The notes under the pieces: generated by a model
Database searches by the model: none
What the model was told of the DNA's origin: nothing
What the model saw: the letters and a program-made list of their open reading frames with translations, nothing else
Made by a program: the position numbers and the translations under genes
Source: Octopus bimaculoides
Taxonomy: Eukaryota
Direction of reading: 5' to 3'
NCBI RefSeq assembly: GCF_001194135.2
Contig: NC_068982.1
Span: forward strand, 157,244,114 to 157,308,113
Length of the DNA stretch: 64,000 nucleotides
Part shown: in pieces, positions 1-13,280 of the stretch
Layout of the letters: the number at the start of each line of letters is the position of its first letter
How positions within the stretch are numbered: position 1 is the stretch's first letter

Positions 1-893
1 GTTGAGTTGGAAGAAAGTAGTGAAAAATAAAACGAAAGAGGGGGAAAAGTATTATAGATACAGAGTATGTAGGAGATGAGATAGAAACATAAAACAGAAA
101 ATAATATAAAGCTTCGTAAGTAATCTTAAGATTAAGTGATTATTGAGTGGATGGTTGCTACTTGGACAGTTATCTGCTTAATTGCATAGAATCATGAAAC
201 AAGGGCTTATTTTCTAAAACACGAGATGAAGGTTGTGTGAAACATTAAAGTATAGATGGAATACAAAGAAAAAAAGTTTCACCACAACACATTGTGAGTA
301 TTTAGTAAAAGATTCAATCGATAAAAACACAATATTTTCACACTTCAATTAATAAAATTCTTAGAAAGCATTTCTTAGACGTCATAAATTTTATATAAGA
401 TAACAATAATATATTAAAACTGGCTAATCTCTAGAGAGTGTCTGCCACTTCTGTATATATAAAACATCTGAAGAAATATTATATTGTAAATATACACTTT
501 ACTCATACAAAAGGAAAAAACAAAAAGGAAGCTAAAGCACGTACACCGTATATCTAAAATATACCTGCAAGCACTGCTTATACATATATATGAATACAGA
601 CGCATGTACACATATGCACACACACGGATATATATATATATATTATACTATAAGTATTATGTGTATTATGTTATATACTGATGGTGAGTCAAGGTTTATG
701 TGTTTTCTATCTTTATTTACTTGCAAATAACGTTGAATAATCCAATATTTCTTTTCAATAATGTTAAAATGGATACAAACCTGAATATTCTTTGTATCAT
801 ACGATGCAACCTACCAGCAGATGGTTCTTGCATATAACTTATAACATTTAAACATTTGTGGAGCTCAGTCGATCGATGTGTAGGTATTAGTTG

Positions 894-1150
894 TTCCGTC
901 AATTGAATTACCTACTATTGACTTAATGTATAAGTGGCTGAGTATTCCGAAGATGCACGTACCTTTGACGGAATTCTCAAGTACGCTGAGAAACAGTGTG
1001 CGGTAAAGCTGTGTAGTTTCAGTTACAGCTACGATCCATCTGTCAGACTTCTATATTGCTGCTGTCCATTCAAATTCACTCCTTAGGTATAGATTGATGG
1101 AAGTAAAGAAACTCACAGTTGCCCAAGATACTACATTGTGGCATAGAACT
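894..1150 (-). mobile_element. Degenerate SINE, family C (same central domain as 49583-49966)
   Basis: The reverse complement (cagctttaccgcacactg...aaaggtacgtgcatcttcggaatactcagccacttata) aligns by eye to the core of the 49.6-50.0 kb SINE (cagccttgtcacactg...aagggtacacgtgtctgtggagtgctcaaccacttgca). Confidence 0.6.
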
Positions 1151-2308
1151 TAGGGCAACTTCCTCATACACACACATACACATACTCACACACAAACACA
1201 CACATACGTATGTGTGCGTATGTGCATGCGTTTAAGTGTGTATGTATGTATACGCATGCATGTATGTACGCATGTATATATACAACATATGTAAGTCAAA
1301 CAGATATCTTGCCATTGAAAACAAGCCATCCACCTCATTGGTATGAAATCAACTGACAATGCACTAAAATCTTCGTCGCACAAATACACCGTTTCTCTTT
1401 TCTACTGCTATTGCATGTACTACGCTTCCCGTAACCGGTCGCTTTCATGTCTTCTTCCCACAGGTACTCGCAATTCAGAAGTCTCATGTCTTATCTTTCC
1501 TCATATAGTGTCCTGCTCCTCTCGTCATACAACTAACTGTGTAAGAGAATCCTTAAAAATTGCCAGCTGACCGCTCTCGGAAATAGGATGGCCGTAGAGG
1601 CAGCTTATATGTACAGCCTCTTGCTTGAAATCTATCCAATAATATAAAATTCAAGTTCAATGAACTGTTTAATAATAAAACTCGAGATAAACACTACAAA
1701 AAATATATTATGAGGGAAGGCGATTTTAAGTTCTATTGATTGCTTTCTTATATATTGTTGCATAGAATAATTTCATCAAAGAATACGCATTTATTACTCT
1801 ATTTTAACCTTGATCTTTCAACGAAACCTTCAGTTTATTCACTGAAAGGCATAAAAGCACATCATAAAGATGAGATAAACGAAAAAACTAACCTACACCT
1901 TAGAAACAATGAATATGAAAAAGACAGTAATAAATTTTCTACAGCCAAGTGAATATTGTACACCAATAAATAAAAATGAAACTCAATAGCGTATACTTTA
2001 AATGTATGTTACAGGGGTCAACTCATTCAGTAAATATAAAAGTAATTAATTATAAGTAATTAATTTCGAAGTAAATCAAAATTCCTAATGAGATAATTTA
2101 CTATACATTCACGCTAACATTAAACACACATATACGGCATATTTCAGACAAAGCACAAATTTCAGTTATAATTAGAGTAAAAATCCAATTTAATTAGTAA
2201 TTTAGATGTTTTCTACAAGAATTCTTTAATGATAATTTTTCTCTTATAAATAAATAGGTGCTAATAGATTTGTAATGAGCTGTTCTGATAAGTTCGTTGG
2301 TAAGACAT

Positions 2309-2319
2309 GTACACACACA

Positions 2320-2388
<69 letters not shown>
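2309..2388. repeat. (CA)n microsatellite
   Basis: Directly visible. Confidence 0.95.
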
Positions 2389-2391
<3 letters not shown>

Positions 2392-2589
2392 TATTCACAT
2401 ACTGAAAACAGGTATGGTATTCATTGCTTTATAGTACATACACGAGTTTTAAGTTGCCGTCGTTATTATATACCAATAGTTGAGACATTATATAATCCTG
2501 CATTCACGTCATCAGTGTTCCGCAGTAACTATATGGTGGTAGTCGTAGTGGTCATCCGTCATTCGACGTGTAGTTTAGAATCCATTTGT

Positions 2590-2875
2590 TTGATCAACTG
2601 AATTACCTGCTCTTGAAGTAACTTGTAAGTGGAAGAGCATCCTATAGATACGCGTACCCTTGATTTAATTCTCATACAGAATAAGTATGGCAGAGTGTGT
2701 GACATGACGTACATTTTCAATTATTTTAGAGTCCATCGATGAACAGGTATTCCTGTCAATATTTTCTGAAAATCATTCATAAGGTTAGTGGGTGCTCCGT
2801 GCCTATAGAAAATATTGACCCCAAATTACCTACAATAGAATTGAACCCGGGACCTCGTGGTTGCGAAGTAAACTT
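2590..2875 (-). mobile_element. Degenerate tRNA-derived SINE, family C
   Basis: The reverse complement contains aagggtacgcgtatctataggatgctcttccacttacaagttacttcaagagcagg, matching the family C core. A tRNA-like head with B-box remnant (gggttcaattc) lies at about 2840-2850. Confidence 0.6.
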
Positions 2876-3431
2876 CTTTGCCATTTGTCCATTTTCTACG
2901 TACATACAGAAATTCATTCTGACTCGCACGCACAGACGCATACGCGTACATTTTTATTCGTAAGTACCTATGTAAGTCTGTATATGTGTTTGTGTGTATG
3001 TGTGTGTGTGTTTGTGTGTGTGTATGCATGCGTATATTTGTGTGTGCGTGCGGGGGTTATTGTATCATTATATACAAATTTGTATTTCATTTGAGAACAT
3101 AAACGTAATTGTTTTCAGTTTTCCCGTCGGTCACTCACTATTCCAATACATTTCTCATTACAAAGTGTTACTAGGAATTAACATTGAAAAATCACTTGGC
3201 GCATAGTATTAAAGACTTAACAAAATGGAAGTGATCTAAAATGTGAAACAATTCAAAATTTCTCAATGTTAACATTTAGGCTTCATAAAACTCAAATATT
3301 ATTTGAATTAATTATGTATGTCATTATTCGGTTTAATTCAAGGTTTCTTGCCAATAGAGAAAGAACCGGTTTCTAACCTAGATCCAAGGCTCCTTCATTG
3401 GAATTTCAACATCAACAAAGTATTTTTGCTT

Positions 3432-3577
3432 GCATGTATGTATGTATGTATGCATGAATGTATGTATGTATGTATGTATGCATGAATGTATGTATGTATG
3501 TATGCATGAATGTATGTGTGTATGTATGTATGTATGTATGTATGTATGTGTGTATGTATGTATGTATGTATGTATGT
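3432..3577. repeat. (TATG)n microsatellite
   Basis: Directly visible. Confidence 0.95.
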
Positions 3578-3639
3578 GCAGATTTGTATGTTTTATGTAT
3601 ATATTTCCATGCATACACATGCTCATATATATTTAAATG

Positions 3640-5450
3640 ATAAACTTCTGGAAAGTTTTACAGATGTTTACAGTTCCATTCGAACTAGCTTTCTCCTTTC
3701 TAGTTTTGAGAAGTCTAATTTCTCAAGACTGGTATTTAGACAGGGCCCCAATAATTACAGGTATAAACCTGAACTTGGAATCTGGATAAAGTCCCTGCAG
3801 ATTTCTCAATATTTCAGCATAGGTGTTCTCTTTTTCACTGATCTTTAGCTTTATGTTAACATCCTCTAAGCAGCCAATTGCCACAACTCTACAGTTTCTC
3901 TTCTCTATCCCAATCATTATTTCAGGTCTGTTGTGCTTACATTTTATTGGGATCTTAACTGGGACATTCCACCAGTATACCTTTTTATTATGGTTGGCTA
4001 TGGCTTCTACCATATTGTGGGTTCTCATTTCGTTGTCCGCGGGATTATCCTTCCGACGGATTTCCTTATAGAGTGTCCTAGCTACAACATAATGTCTCAT
4101 CGGTAGATAATACCGTGATGATATTTTCGGACAACTTCCTATGATGTGGGTGAACTCCGGAATGTCTACATCGGTTGTCTCATTTTATTGCATTTCCTGC
4201 ATCCCTGTCCCCTTTTGTGCATCCGGTAATTGGTTGACATTTCCTGTTTCTGGATTGCAAACGCATACCCTTCAAAGTGGGAGGTAGTAATCCGGCTATT
4301 CGTACGTGATAAACTGCTTTGATGATCGATGTTACTATCGTCACGGAGCTTTCTACTGACATATCCGTGCATAGTCTCCTGCTCATATAGGCTCATCCTT
4401 TCATCTGATGATACGTTGCGGTAGAGTCTTGCAACGTCTTTGGGCATGTATTCTAAGTTATCAGACAAAGAGTTTTGTTCAAGGAGCTACATTCCAAGTC
4501 TTATGGTGTTATCAGCCTCATATATGCAAACTTGGTCAAGGGATGCATTTCGACACTTGGTGTTCAAAGAATGTCACCGAAGAGATATGAGGCATTTGTT
4601 TTCGTTTTAGGTAGAGGCGATCTACGTCACTGTTTATATGGAAATTATGTGTGCTTGTTAGTATTTTTGGGGGTTTTCACATTAATGGATCGGATCTCAT
4701 CAAGCGTCCAATCGAGCAGCCCAAATGTTGGTATGAGTACTGGCACTGCAAACACATTGTGGGCCACTGTTTTATTGAATGCAGAGAGTTCTGAGGTCCA
4801 AATTGTCTTTATTCGGCTGTAACAGTCTTTAGTGACACTTGTTTTGTTACAAGTGCCATTGTAAGATATATTTTCATTCACCCCTAGATACCAGTAACAT
4901 TCCTTGTCAGATACAGCGAAAACAGTCAAATCATTGATGGAGATGTTACTAGTCTGGTTTATAGGTTTCCCTTTTTCACAACCATATAACATAATTTATC
5001 CTGACCAAACTCCAACCCTACATCCTTTGAGAATGTTGTAACTAGCTCAAGGCTTTTCCATCTCATGCATATTCTTTGCAAAAAGTTTTAAGTCATCCAC
5101 AAACAAAGAGTGTGTAATTTTGGCATTCCTTGCGAACTAGTGAGATATCCTTCCGACTTCCTTAGTATGAATGACAAGGAGTTTACAGAAAGTGTAAACA
5201 GAGAAGTTGTCATATTGGAATATGCATTTGCGAAACTGTATCCTGTCAGTGATAACACACTCACACTTTTTGTTTAATGTCAAGATGGTAACCCACGATG
5301 AAGTCAGGTCAGCTATGGCTTTGACTATTCTCACTGGAACTTTAGCAAGCTGAAGGGCTACTAGCATCCATGAGTGGGGAACAGAGTCAAAGGCCTTCTT
5401 GTAGTCTAGCCACACTGAAACTAGGTTCCTCCTATGATCTGCCCCTCTGA
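3640..5450 (-). pseudogene. 5'-truncated, frameshifted RLE-type non-LTR retrotransposon (R4/Dong-like clade): RT, CCHC knuckle and restriction-like endonuclease
   Basis: Minus-strand ORF pieces in colinear order: WLDYKKAFDSVPHSW (RT), HSLFVDDLK-type motif near 5.1 kb, VFAVPVLIPTFG, MHGY...EGYAFAIQKQE, RHYVVARTLY...HNRPEI...EKENTYAE...FIPVIIGAL (RLE). Confidence 0.9.
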
Positions 5451-5455
5451 CATAC

Positions 5456-5464
5456 ATATGTATG

Positions 5465-5498
<34 letters not shown>

Positions 5499-5656
5499 TG
5501 TATGTATGTATGTATGTATGCATGTATGTGTGTGTATGTATGTATGTATGTATTTATGTATGTATGGATGTATGGATGTATGGATGTATGGATGTATGTA
5601 TGTATACGTGTAGATTTGTATGTTTTGTTTTATGTATTTCTTCTCATGCATATACT

Positions 5657-5735
<79 letters not shown>
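5456..5735. repeat. (TATG)n/(TGGA)n followed by (TA)n microsatellite block
   Basis: Directly visible. Confidence 0.95.
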
Positions 5736-5737
<2 letters not shown>

Positions 5738-5790
5738 CCACCTATCTATCTAAATATATATACACATACATACACACACATAGATACATA

Positions 5791-5989
5791 CTTTTCTACT
5801 CTAGGCACAAGACCTGAAAATTTTGGGGATGTGAGCAGTCAATTGGATCGAGCCCAGTACGCAACTGATATTTTATTTATCGACCCCGGAAGGATGAAAG
5901 GCAAAGTGGACCTCGGTAGAATTTGGACTCAGAACATAAAGACAGATGAAATACCGCTTAGCATTTCGCCCTCCGTGCTAACGTTTCTG
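5791..5989 (-). mobile_element. tRNA-derived SINE, family A
   Basis: The reverse complement matches the intact copy at 29958 (cagaaacgttagcacg...gagttcaaattc...gactttgcctttcatcc...ggggtcgat). Confidence 0.9.
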
Positions 5990-6904
5990 TATATATATCT
6001 ATATATATTGCTGTGCTATATATATTACAACAATATAAGCAACAAGCTGTGTTTAGGGATAAGCGAACTTTAAGATAGTTAAAATATATTTGTGACATAT
6101 TTCAACTTCTAGGGTCAAATTCACTGCGGTCAGCGTGGAGAAACAATTGTCTGTTAAGTTAAAAAGGTGTAAAAACACTATATCTATCTAGTGCTACCCC
6201 TAATCACGGATTCCCAAACGCTGCGTTTCTAGCTCTTTAGCCTTTATCCTAAACGATTTTAGTGTAAATCCAGTTAAACAGCAAATTCAACAGAAATTAT
6301 TTCAAAACTATTCCCGTGTTATCGTTTGCCAATGTGTTTCGTAAAGTTTAAAATGCTAATGAAAATGAGCAAATACCATATGTTACTGACGCACTTGCGG
6401 ACATCTTTTCCTTTCTTTTATGTATAGCATGGTCTTCACTGAATATGGTTATGTACCGAAAAGTACGGACATACATATTTTCCAAATGAGAGAATTTAGC
6501 GTTACAAAAAGAGAAGTGTGACTCAAAAAATAGCTACATACGATATCATTCCTCATATTTCAGGAATCTAAATCTTACGGGTACCACCAAAATTATTTAT
6601 CTCTTAAAAGTCGATAAAGTTTTGAAAGCTAAGACTTACATTCGCAAGAGTGGATTGTTTCCTAAGGGGAAAACACTATATCACGAAATAAAATCTGAGA
6701 ATTAAAATTCAATTTTTCTATTGATTATTTGGCGGTTGGTCGGAAATATAAGTTATAATATATGAAGAAATATCTATATATACATATATACATATGGTGT
6801 ATGTACATATATGTGTGTTTGTGTAATGTATGTGTGTATGTTTATGCATGTGTGTTGTGTGTGTGCGCGTTCTTTGCAACATTTCTTCCGATTTTCAATG
6901 TTCT

Positions 6905-7035
6905 AAGTTGAAATGACAACGAGGATAACTTTGTTTTATCTTTTCATGGCCGATAACATACAATACCAGTCAAATAATAATGTGGATAGTATCGAGTTAC
7001 CTGTCCCTTCGAAATAGCTGGTCCTAGGCCTATAA
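6905..7035 (+). mobile_element. Highly degenerate SINE family A remnant
   Basis: aactttgttttatcttttcatggccgataacatacaataccag resembles the family A core gactttgcctttcatcctttcggggtcgataaattaagtaccag. Confidence 0.4.
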
Positions 7036-7090
7036 ATCAGAAGTTATCAAACACACACTCATACACACAGACATACACACACATATGTAT

Positions 7091-7136
<46 letters not shown>

Positions 7137-7534
7137 CCATAAATACACATTTCTAAGTGCATCAACTCATTCGACCCAACTTTATACGCTGATGCCACTG
7201 GCTCATCAACCACGATAGTTATGTGGCCAAGCAAAATCATTCGCAGTTTCTGAATGCTTCGGAATTAAAACTAGATTCCCATCCAAGATCAAAGAAGTGG
7301 AGCCATCAAAAAAGACCTAGGCATCATAAAGAAGCTGGTAAGCGTAAGTTTATTTCAGTTTTACAAAGGCATAAAAGTCTAGATATGTCTTGTTTTCTCT
7401 TTCAGGAAAAAACGGAAAATTAATATACGATACAAAATGGACCATGTGAATGACTAGTAATGAATCGAAGTAATTGAATTCGTTCCAACGATTTAGGTCT
7501 ACAGGAGGGTTTTTCCCTACAATAGAATTAACCA

Positions 7535-7930
7535 TGTTTCAATGAAAAATCAATATTTGAACGTAACAAGGTTGAGAAGATGGGAGACGGGTGGGATTCG
7601 AGAACTTGAATGGAGATTGCATGATCACAGCCATGAAGGATATATCGATCTTAATCCAGTTATACATTTGGGTTGGAAAAAAAGATGAGTTGATTAGCGT
7701 TTTGAAAGACCCACACCTGATGAATAAATAATTAGAAAAGTGCACTTTGTTATGGAACACTGAAACAGCCACTACATTGTTGCTAAATGCTCAAGAAACC
7801 CTCGGGTCAAAATTTCAACTATTACATATGTTGTATTTCACGGCATTTTGTATTACTGTTATGTGTATATGTATGGTCAATATTTGACTGTAATTTGCTT
7901 CACTATGTATCATGTTTATAGTCATGATAG
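7535..7930 (+). repeat. Old unclassified repeat, copy 1 of an inverted pair
   Basis: Shares tttcaatgaaaaatca, ctttgttatggaacactg and atgttgtatttcacggca..ttgtattact with the reverse complement of 8590-8965. Confidence 0.7.
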
Positions 7931-8589
7931 TTTCTGAATTTTGCTATGTTGGCCTTAATACCTCAATACTTAAATAACACGTTTTATTTCTAATCCCGTT
8001 TAACGTTTTATGATGATACTTACTGACGTACAAGCACACGTACAAATAATGTATGCAAATATGTATGTGTGTATATATGTATACATATTACTTAGAAACA
8101 GAAGCTGCATCTAACTCAAATTACACTCTATTGTCATAACTAAGAAAAAAAGATGCTGGGTATTGTAGGCATGCATATAGTTTGTCGGAAACAAAACAAA
8201 GTTAAATGACTTTAATAGATCTCTCCAATAAGGCTTGACCTGAGACGAAGCTACAACACAGTATTAAAACGTTGGATAAAGTAATTACATTTATCTTTAA
8301 AATAATGTATGGTCTAGAATGGCATATCTTTTATCCTAAGCCTACCTTACCTTTCAACGAAATAAAACAATTGCATATATTCTGAGTGTGCCAGATCAGT
8401 ACTTCATATCGATCTAACATGATTAATTCCTTAATAATTCTTTCATTGTAGTATCATGAACTAATCTGGCGATACTCCTCATACGAAATCTAATAAGACA
8501 TTCAGAAACGAAAATCCAAGCATCATAAAATTATGTGCGGTGATGAATAGATAACTATATAATAACATGTAGTGTAAAACAAATTTCGA

Positions 8590-8965
8590 ACGCTACTACG
8601 TATGTAAATATCATATATAGAAGTACAAAATACTTCAAATATTGACCACACATATATATATAACAATTAGTAATACAAATTGCCGTGAAATACAACATGT
8701 AAAAAGTATAGCAGTTGAAAGTCTGACTGCAGGATTTCGTTTGGGTATGAAACATAATGATACATTGTGTGTACCAGTGTTCCATAACAAAGTTAATCCT
8801 GCAAGTTTCTGATTCCTTCTTCATTAGGTGCGGATATTTTAATACCCCCAATCTGCTCATATTTATCCATCCGAAGTATGTACCCGGATTATGATATTCA
8901 ATATATCCTCAACAAAGAAACGTTGTAGCCAAATCCATCTGATTTTTCATTGAAACTTGATTTCA
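8590..8965 (-). repeat. Old unclassified repeat, copy 2 of the inverted pair
   Basis: Same shared blocks as 7535-7930 in opposite orientation; diverged (roughly 65-75% identical by eye). Confidence 0.7.
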
Positions 8966-9812
8966 TCTCGCACTACACGATCTGATATTTACCATCATTT
9001 TGATAACATGTATTTTGATTTTGGGAAAGTTTGCTGATATGTACTGCAATCATTTTGAACCCTCATTTGGCCAGAAAAATGTTAAAACACAAGATCTGCT
9101 CTAATAAGCACTGAACTGAGATAAAAATTTCTTACCAGGAACTTTTTACCTTATAGTTAAATATGGTGTACCATACTGGACTATATTATCCAATGTATTA
9201 TAGTCTTTTTTAACAGAGTAAGATGTGACTTGACGTAAAATTTTGGATTTAGCTACTCTTTCTAACAAGTTGAACGATTATATTCCGACTCCATCATATT
9301 CTTTGGCTTATTGCCGCTAGATGTTGCCTGCTGTTGTTTCGGTACTGTTCATGCTTGATGATTAAACTGCTTAGATAACTGATATTAAGTCTGTGCTATG
9401 GCTGTTCTCGTTACTATGAAGAGAATTGGTTCCACCAATACGACACAAATGTTTGCTGTTGATGTTGATCATCATTGTTGTTGTTACCGATGATGTTGCT
9501 GAAATTATTGTTGCTTTGCATTTTCAGAGCGACAGCATCTACCTGACAACAGTTATTACATTATACAGGCACCAGATCTATTGCAGAAATACATAATATT
9601 GTTGTATGATTATTTCTTCAGTAGAGTGACGAAAATGTAATAGCAATAATGATTACAGTTAGGAATTAACATTTTATATAAATGAAAATATATAATATAC
9701 ACAAACAAAAGTACATACATGCACATATATGTATACTCTTGTATATTCAGATTTGTAGATTTAGCACGATAGCACACTGAACTACCATACACTGCAGAAT
9801 TATATACATTCC

Positions 9813-10035
9813 TTGAAGTTTGCTGATAAATTCACTTACCTCGGCCGCATACTCCCCAGATCCGTGAACATTCACGATAAAGTCGACATGCGCATCACGA
9901 AAGGATGCTCAGCCTTCGAGTAGCTACGTGAAGCAGTGTGGGAGAGGAGAGGCATTAGGCTGGTCACCAAGTTGAAGTGTACAAATCAGTTGTACTTCCT
10001 AAGCTACTACACATCTGCAAGACTTGGATGGTTTA
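9813..10035 (+). pseudogene. RTE (BovB-like) LINE fragment, RT C-terminal region
   Basis: Translates to LKFADKFTYLGRILPRSVNIHDKVDMRITKGCSAFE*LREAVWERRGIRLVTKLK/VYKSVVLPKLLHICKTW, which resembles the RTE consensus VDKFTYLGS...RIAKAS.AFGRL...VW...I...TKLKVYKAVVLPTLLYACETW. Confidence 0.85.
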
Positions 10036-11295
10036 CATGTATATATATATTTGTGTGTGTGCGCGCGTATATATATATATATATATATACACACACAGAG
10101 ACATCTATATGTGTGTGTGTGTGTGTGAATAGGTTGTTAGCCAGAGGAAGGACAATGAGCTACGTTTGTGATTAGAAATAAATGTGTAAAGCACAAATAC
10201 GTAAACTCTTTTGGTGATATGACACGCTTAATCCGACTGAACCGCTTATCCTTTCAGGGTTCCCAAAATTTATTAGTCAAGTACTGAATCNNNNNNNNNN
10301 ATATATATATATATATTAATTATTCCCTTATGAGGTTTCTCATGCGAACTACTTGATAACTTCTTATAAAGATTTTATCCTATTTTTAGATTATATATAT
10401 ATATATATATATACACACACAGAGACATCTATATGTGTGTGTGTGTGTGTGAATAGGTTGTTAGCCAGAGGAAGGACAATGAGCTACGTTTGTGATTAGA
10501 AATAAATGTGTAAAGCACAAATACGTAAACTCTTTTGGTGATATGACACGCTTAATCCGACTGAACCGCTTATCCTTTCAGGGTTCCCAAAATTTATTAG
10601 TCAAGTACTGAATCGATCGAAGCAATTAAACGCTCGCTACATGTGTAAGGCTTAATGACTATGATGTAAATCATTGTTACAGGGCATTCAGAGGGTGGTG
10701 AGTGGTCTCTCACTCTTTTGTACTGTAGAATTGCTTCTATTATTTTACGAGTCCAAATGATGCCGCGACCAATTTTAGATTTGGTCAATCTAGGTTCGAT
10801 AAAATAGCGAAGTAGTCAATTATATGGGACTAGTAGTTAGTCCCCAAACTTCTCAGAATTGTAAGGCCCTGTACCCAAATTAAATGCGGTTAGTGCAAAA
10901 CATTTAGCTGAATTAAGTGAGAGACAAAGAGAGGTATTTCATATCGATAGGAATTATAGACTTTCTCTCCCTCTCTCTCTCTCTCACCTATATGTATATA
11001 TATATATATATNNNNNNNNNNNNNNNNNNNNNNNNNNNNNNNNNNNNNNNNNNNNNNNNNNNNNNNNNNNNNNNNNNNNNNNNNNNNNNNNNNNNNNNNN
11101 NNNNNNNNNNNNNNNNNNNNNNNNNNNNNNNNNNNNNNNNNNNNNNNNNNNNNNNNNNNNNNNNNNNNNNNNNNNNNNNNNNNNNNNNNNNNNNNNNNNN
11201 NNNNNNNNNNNNNNNNNNNNNNNNNNNNNNNNNNNNNNNNNNNNNNNNNNNNNNNNNNNNNNNNNNNNNNNNNNNNNNNNNNNNNNNNNNNNNNN

Positions 11296-11328
<33 letters not shown>

Positions 11329-11331
<3 letters not shown>

Positions 11332-11935
11332 GGTGCGTAAGGTATTTCAGGACATACCTTTTTGCTGCATTTTTTACTAACTCTGTATAATCTTTCTTTC
11401 AGAAAATTATAATGTCAGACCCTCAGTTTACTCAAGAAATGAAGAGGCATACTGTTATTGTGGTTATAAAGGCTGAGCATAGCGATTTAGAAATATCTCG
11501 TCTTTAAAAGTTGCCAGATCTTTCGTCTATAAAGTTTGTAAGGAGCGAGGGACTGAAGATGGAAACCTATCACCAGTATCAAAGCCTTAAAAGCATTCTA
11601 AACGCTCTGAACTCCTTAATTTATCCAGCTAGTTCAAGAGATCTTTTATTACAATCCTAGAAAATCCATGAGGTCAATTGCAAAAGATCTCTATGTGTCA
11701 GAAGGAACAGTCAGAAATGTTGTCCATGAAGACATCAGATACAAGTGTTATATGATGAGGAATGGTCAATTTGTCTGAAAAAGCAAAAGAAAATCACTAC
11801 ATCATATCTAAAAGGCTCTTAAACAAACCGAAAAATCCAGCATCCAGCAGAAAAAGATTTGATTCGGTTTTTCTCAAACGAGAAAACTTCAACCAAGATC
11901 AAAAATTCAACAGAAGAAATGACAGAAGTGGCGAC
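11329..11935 (+). mobile_element. 5' portion of a Tc1/mariner-superfamily (maT/DD37D-like) DNA transposon, decayed
   Basis: Begins TA|CAGGGTG at the end of a (TA)n tract. The frameshifted ORF from ATG 11412 reads MSDPQFTQEMKRHTVIVVIKAEHSDLEISR..KVARSFVYKV...NPRKSMRSIAKDLYVSEGTVRNVVHEDIRYK (HTH)...FFSNEKNFNQDQKFNRRNDR (first catalytic D region, D>N). The 3' half and right TIR were not found. Confidence 0.8.
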
Positions 11936-13134
11936 AAAGAAATATAGACTCGAGGGTAGCTAGACAGCAAATTAGAAAAGGCGATTAGTGATGGCATCGC
12001 CACGGATATGCTTTAATATAAATGATTGTTGCAAGCAAAAAATAACGTGTTTACAGAGGAAGAACACGTACTCTAAGTACTGGATATAATTGATGTAAAA
12101 TTCTCCAAGAATTTGATATGACATTTTAAGTTCTTTCTCGAAGCATCTACGTTGCATTAAATCGCTGTCAGTTTTCTTACAACAAAAGAATGGTTAGAAA
12201 TTCCTTAATGTTAGAACAGAATCCAACTTCAGGTGGGCTAATTATTTTAACACTTTCATTAGCCAAAAATTTGGTGCAAACTCAACAATTCTTGACATAT
12301 TTTTTAATGTCTTTCCTTTCAAAAATATGAAACTTCAAGGCAGTTCTATCATTTCCTCATTCTTTTAAGAACAACAAGTTCCTTGAAACTGGCAATATTC
12401 CTTAATTTCTGAAAGAAAGCTGATACATGTGGATGCTTACTCCAAACATTATTAGTGAAAGTAATTGAATAAATATGTGTACGAGATATAAGAATGGAAA
12501 ATTGCTTGTATAATAAGTGGGGTACAATAATCAAAAGAAATGAAGAAACAACAATCGAATAAAAACGGTTAGATTATGGGTATAAGGAATAGAGTGTAAG
12601 AAGTAACTATCGATTACCAGCCAAGTGTAGGATACGTTATCGTCATTTGCTTTTATTCCTCTCTGAATTATTCTACTTCACCTTCTCTAACTGATTCACA
12701 CTACACTCTGTCTCACATATATTTACTCATGTAACTGATCTTATTTATTCCTTGACTGTAATGCCAGCATTTGCGAGTGATTAAAGTCCTTTTTATCCTT
12801 TGAATATATGTATGTATATAGGTACGTGTATGGGGAGAGAAAAGAAGACTGTTTATAGGTGTTCTCTATTAGTAATATGCTTCTAATTGATTTCCCCAAT
12901 AATTCTTTATTTTCATTATATAAGCTATTTTCTTTTTAAAAATTCATACCTTATTTACTTTGTTACTTTTTTAAAGACATTTCTGTTAGTATTTCAATCA
13001 TCGTCGTCATTTCTTCTTCCTTTGTCATCCCTTTTTTTTCTTCTTTTTCTTCCTTCTCTCTCTTTTACTTCATTTCTTTTACTTCATTCCTTCTCCTTTT
13101 TCATATTGTTAGTGAATCTGCTGTCTCCTTAGTC

Positions 13135-13280
13135 TTCTTTTTCTTCTTCTTCTTCTTCTTCTTCTTCTTCTTCTTCTTCTTCTTCTTCTTCTTCTTCTTC
13201 TTCTTCTTCTTCTTCTTCTTTTTCTTCTTCTTCTTCTTCTTCTTCTTCTTCTTCTTCTTCTTCTTCTTCTTCTTCTTCTT
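13135..13280. repeat. (CTT)n microsatellite running into an assembly gap
   Basis: Directly visible. Confidence 0.95.

Noticed and set aside
10072-10613. Exact ~220-bp direct duplication (10072-10290 and 10394-10613)
   Set aside because: The copies are identical and the first ends at a 10-N gap, which is typical of an unmerged contig overlap (assembly artefact).
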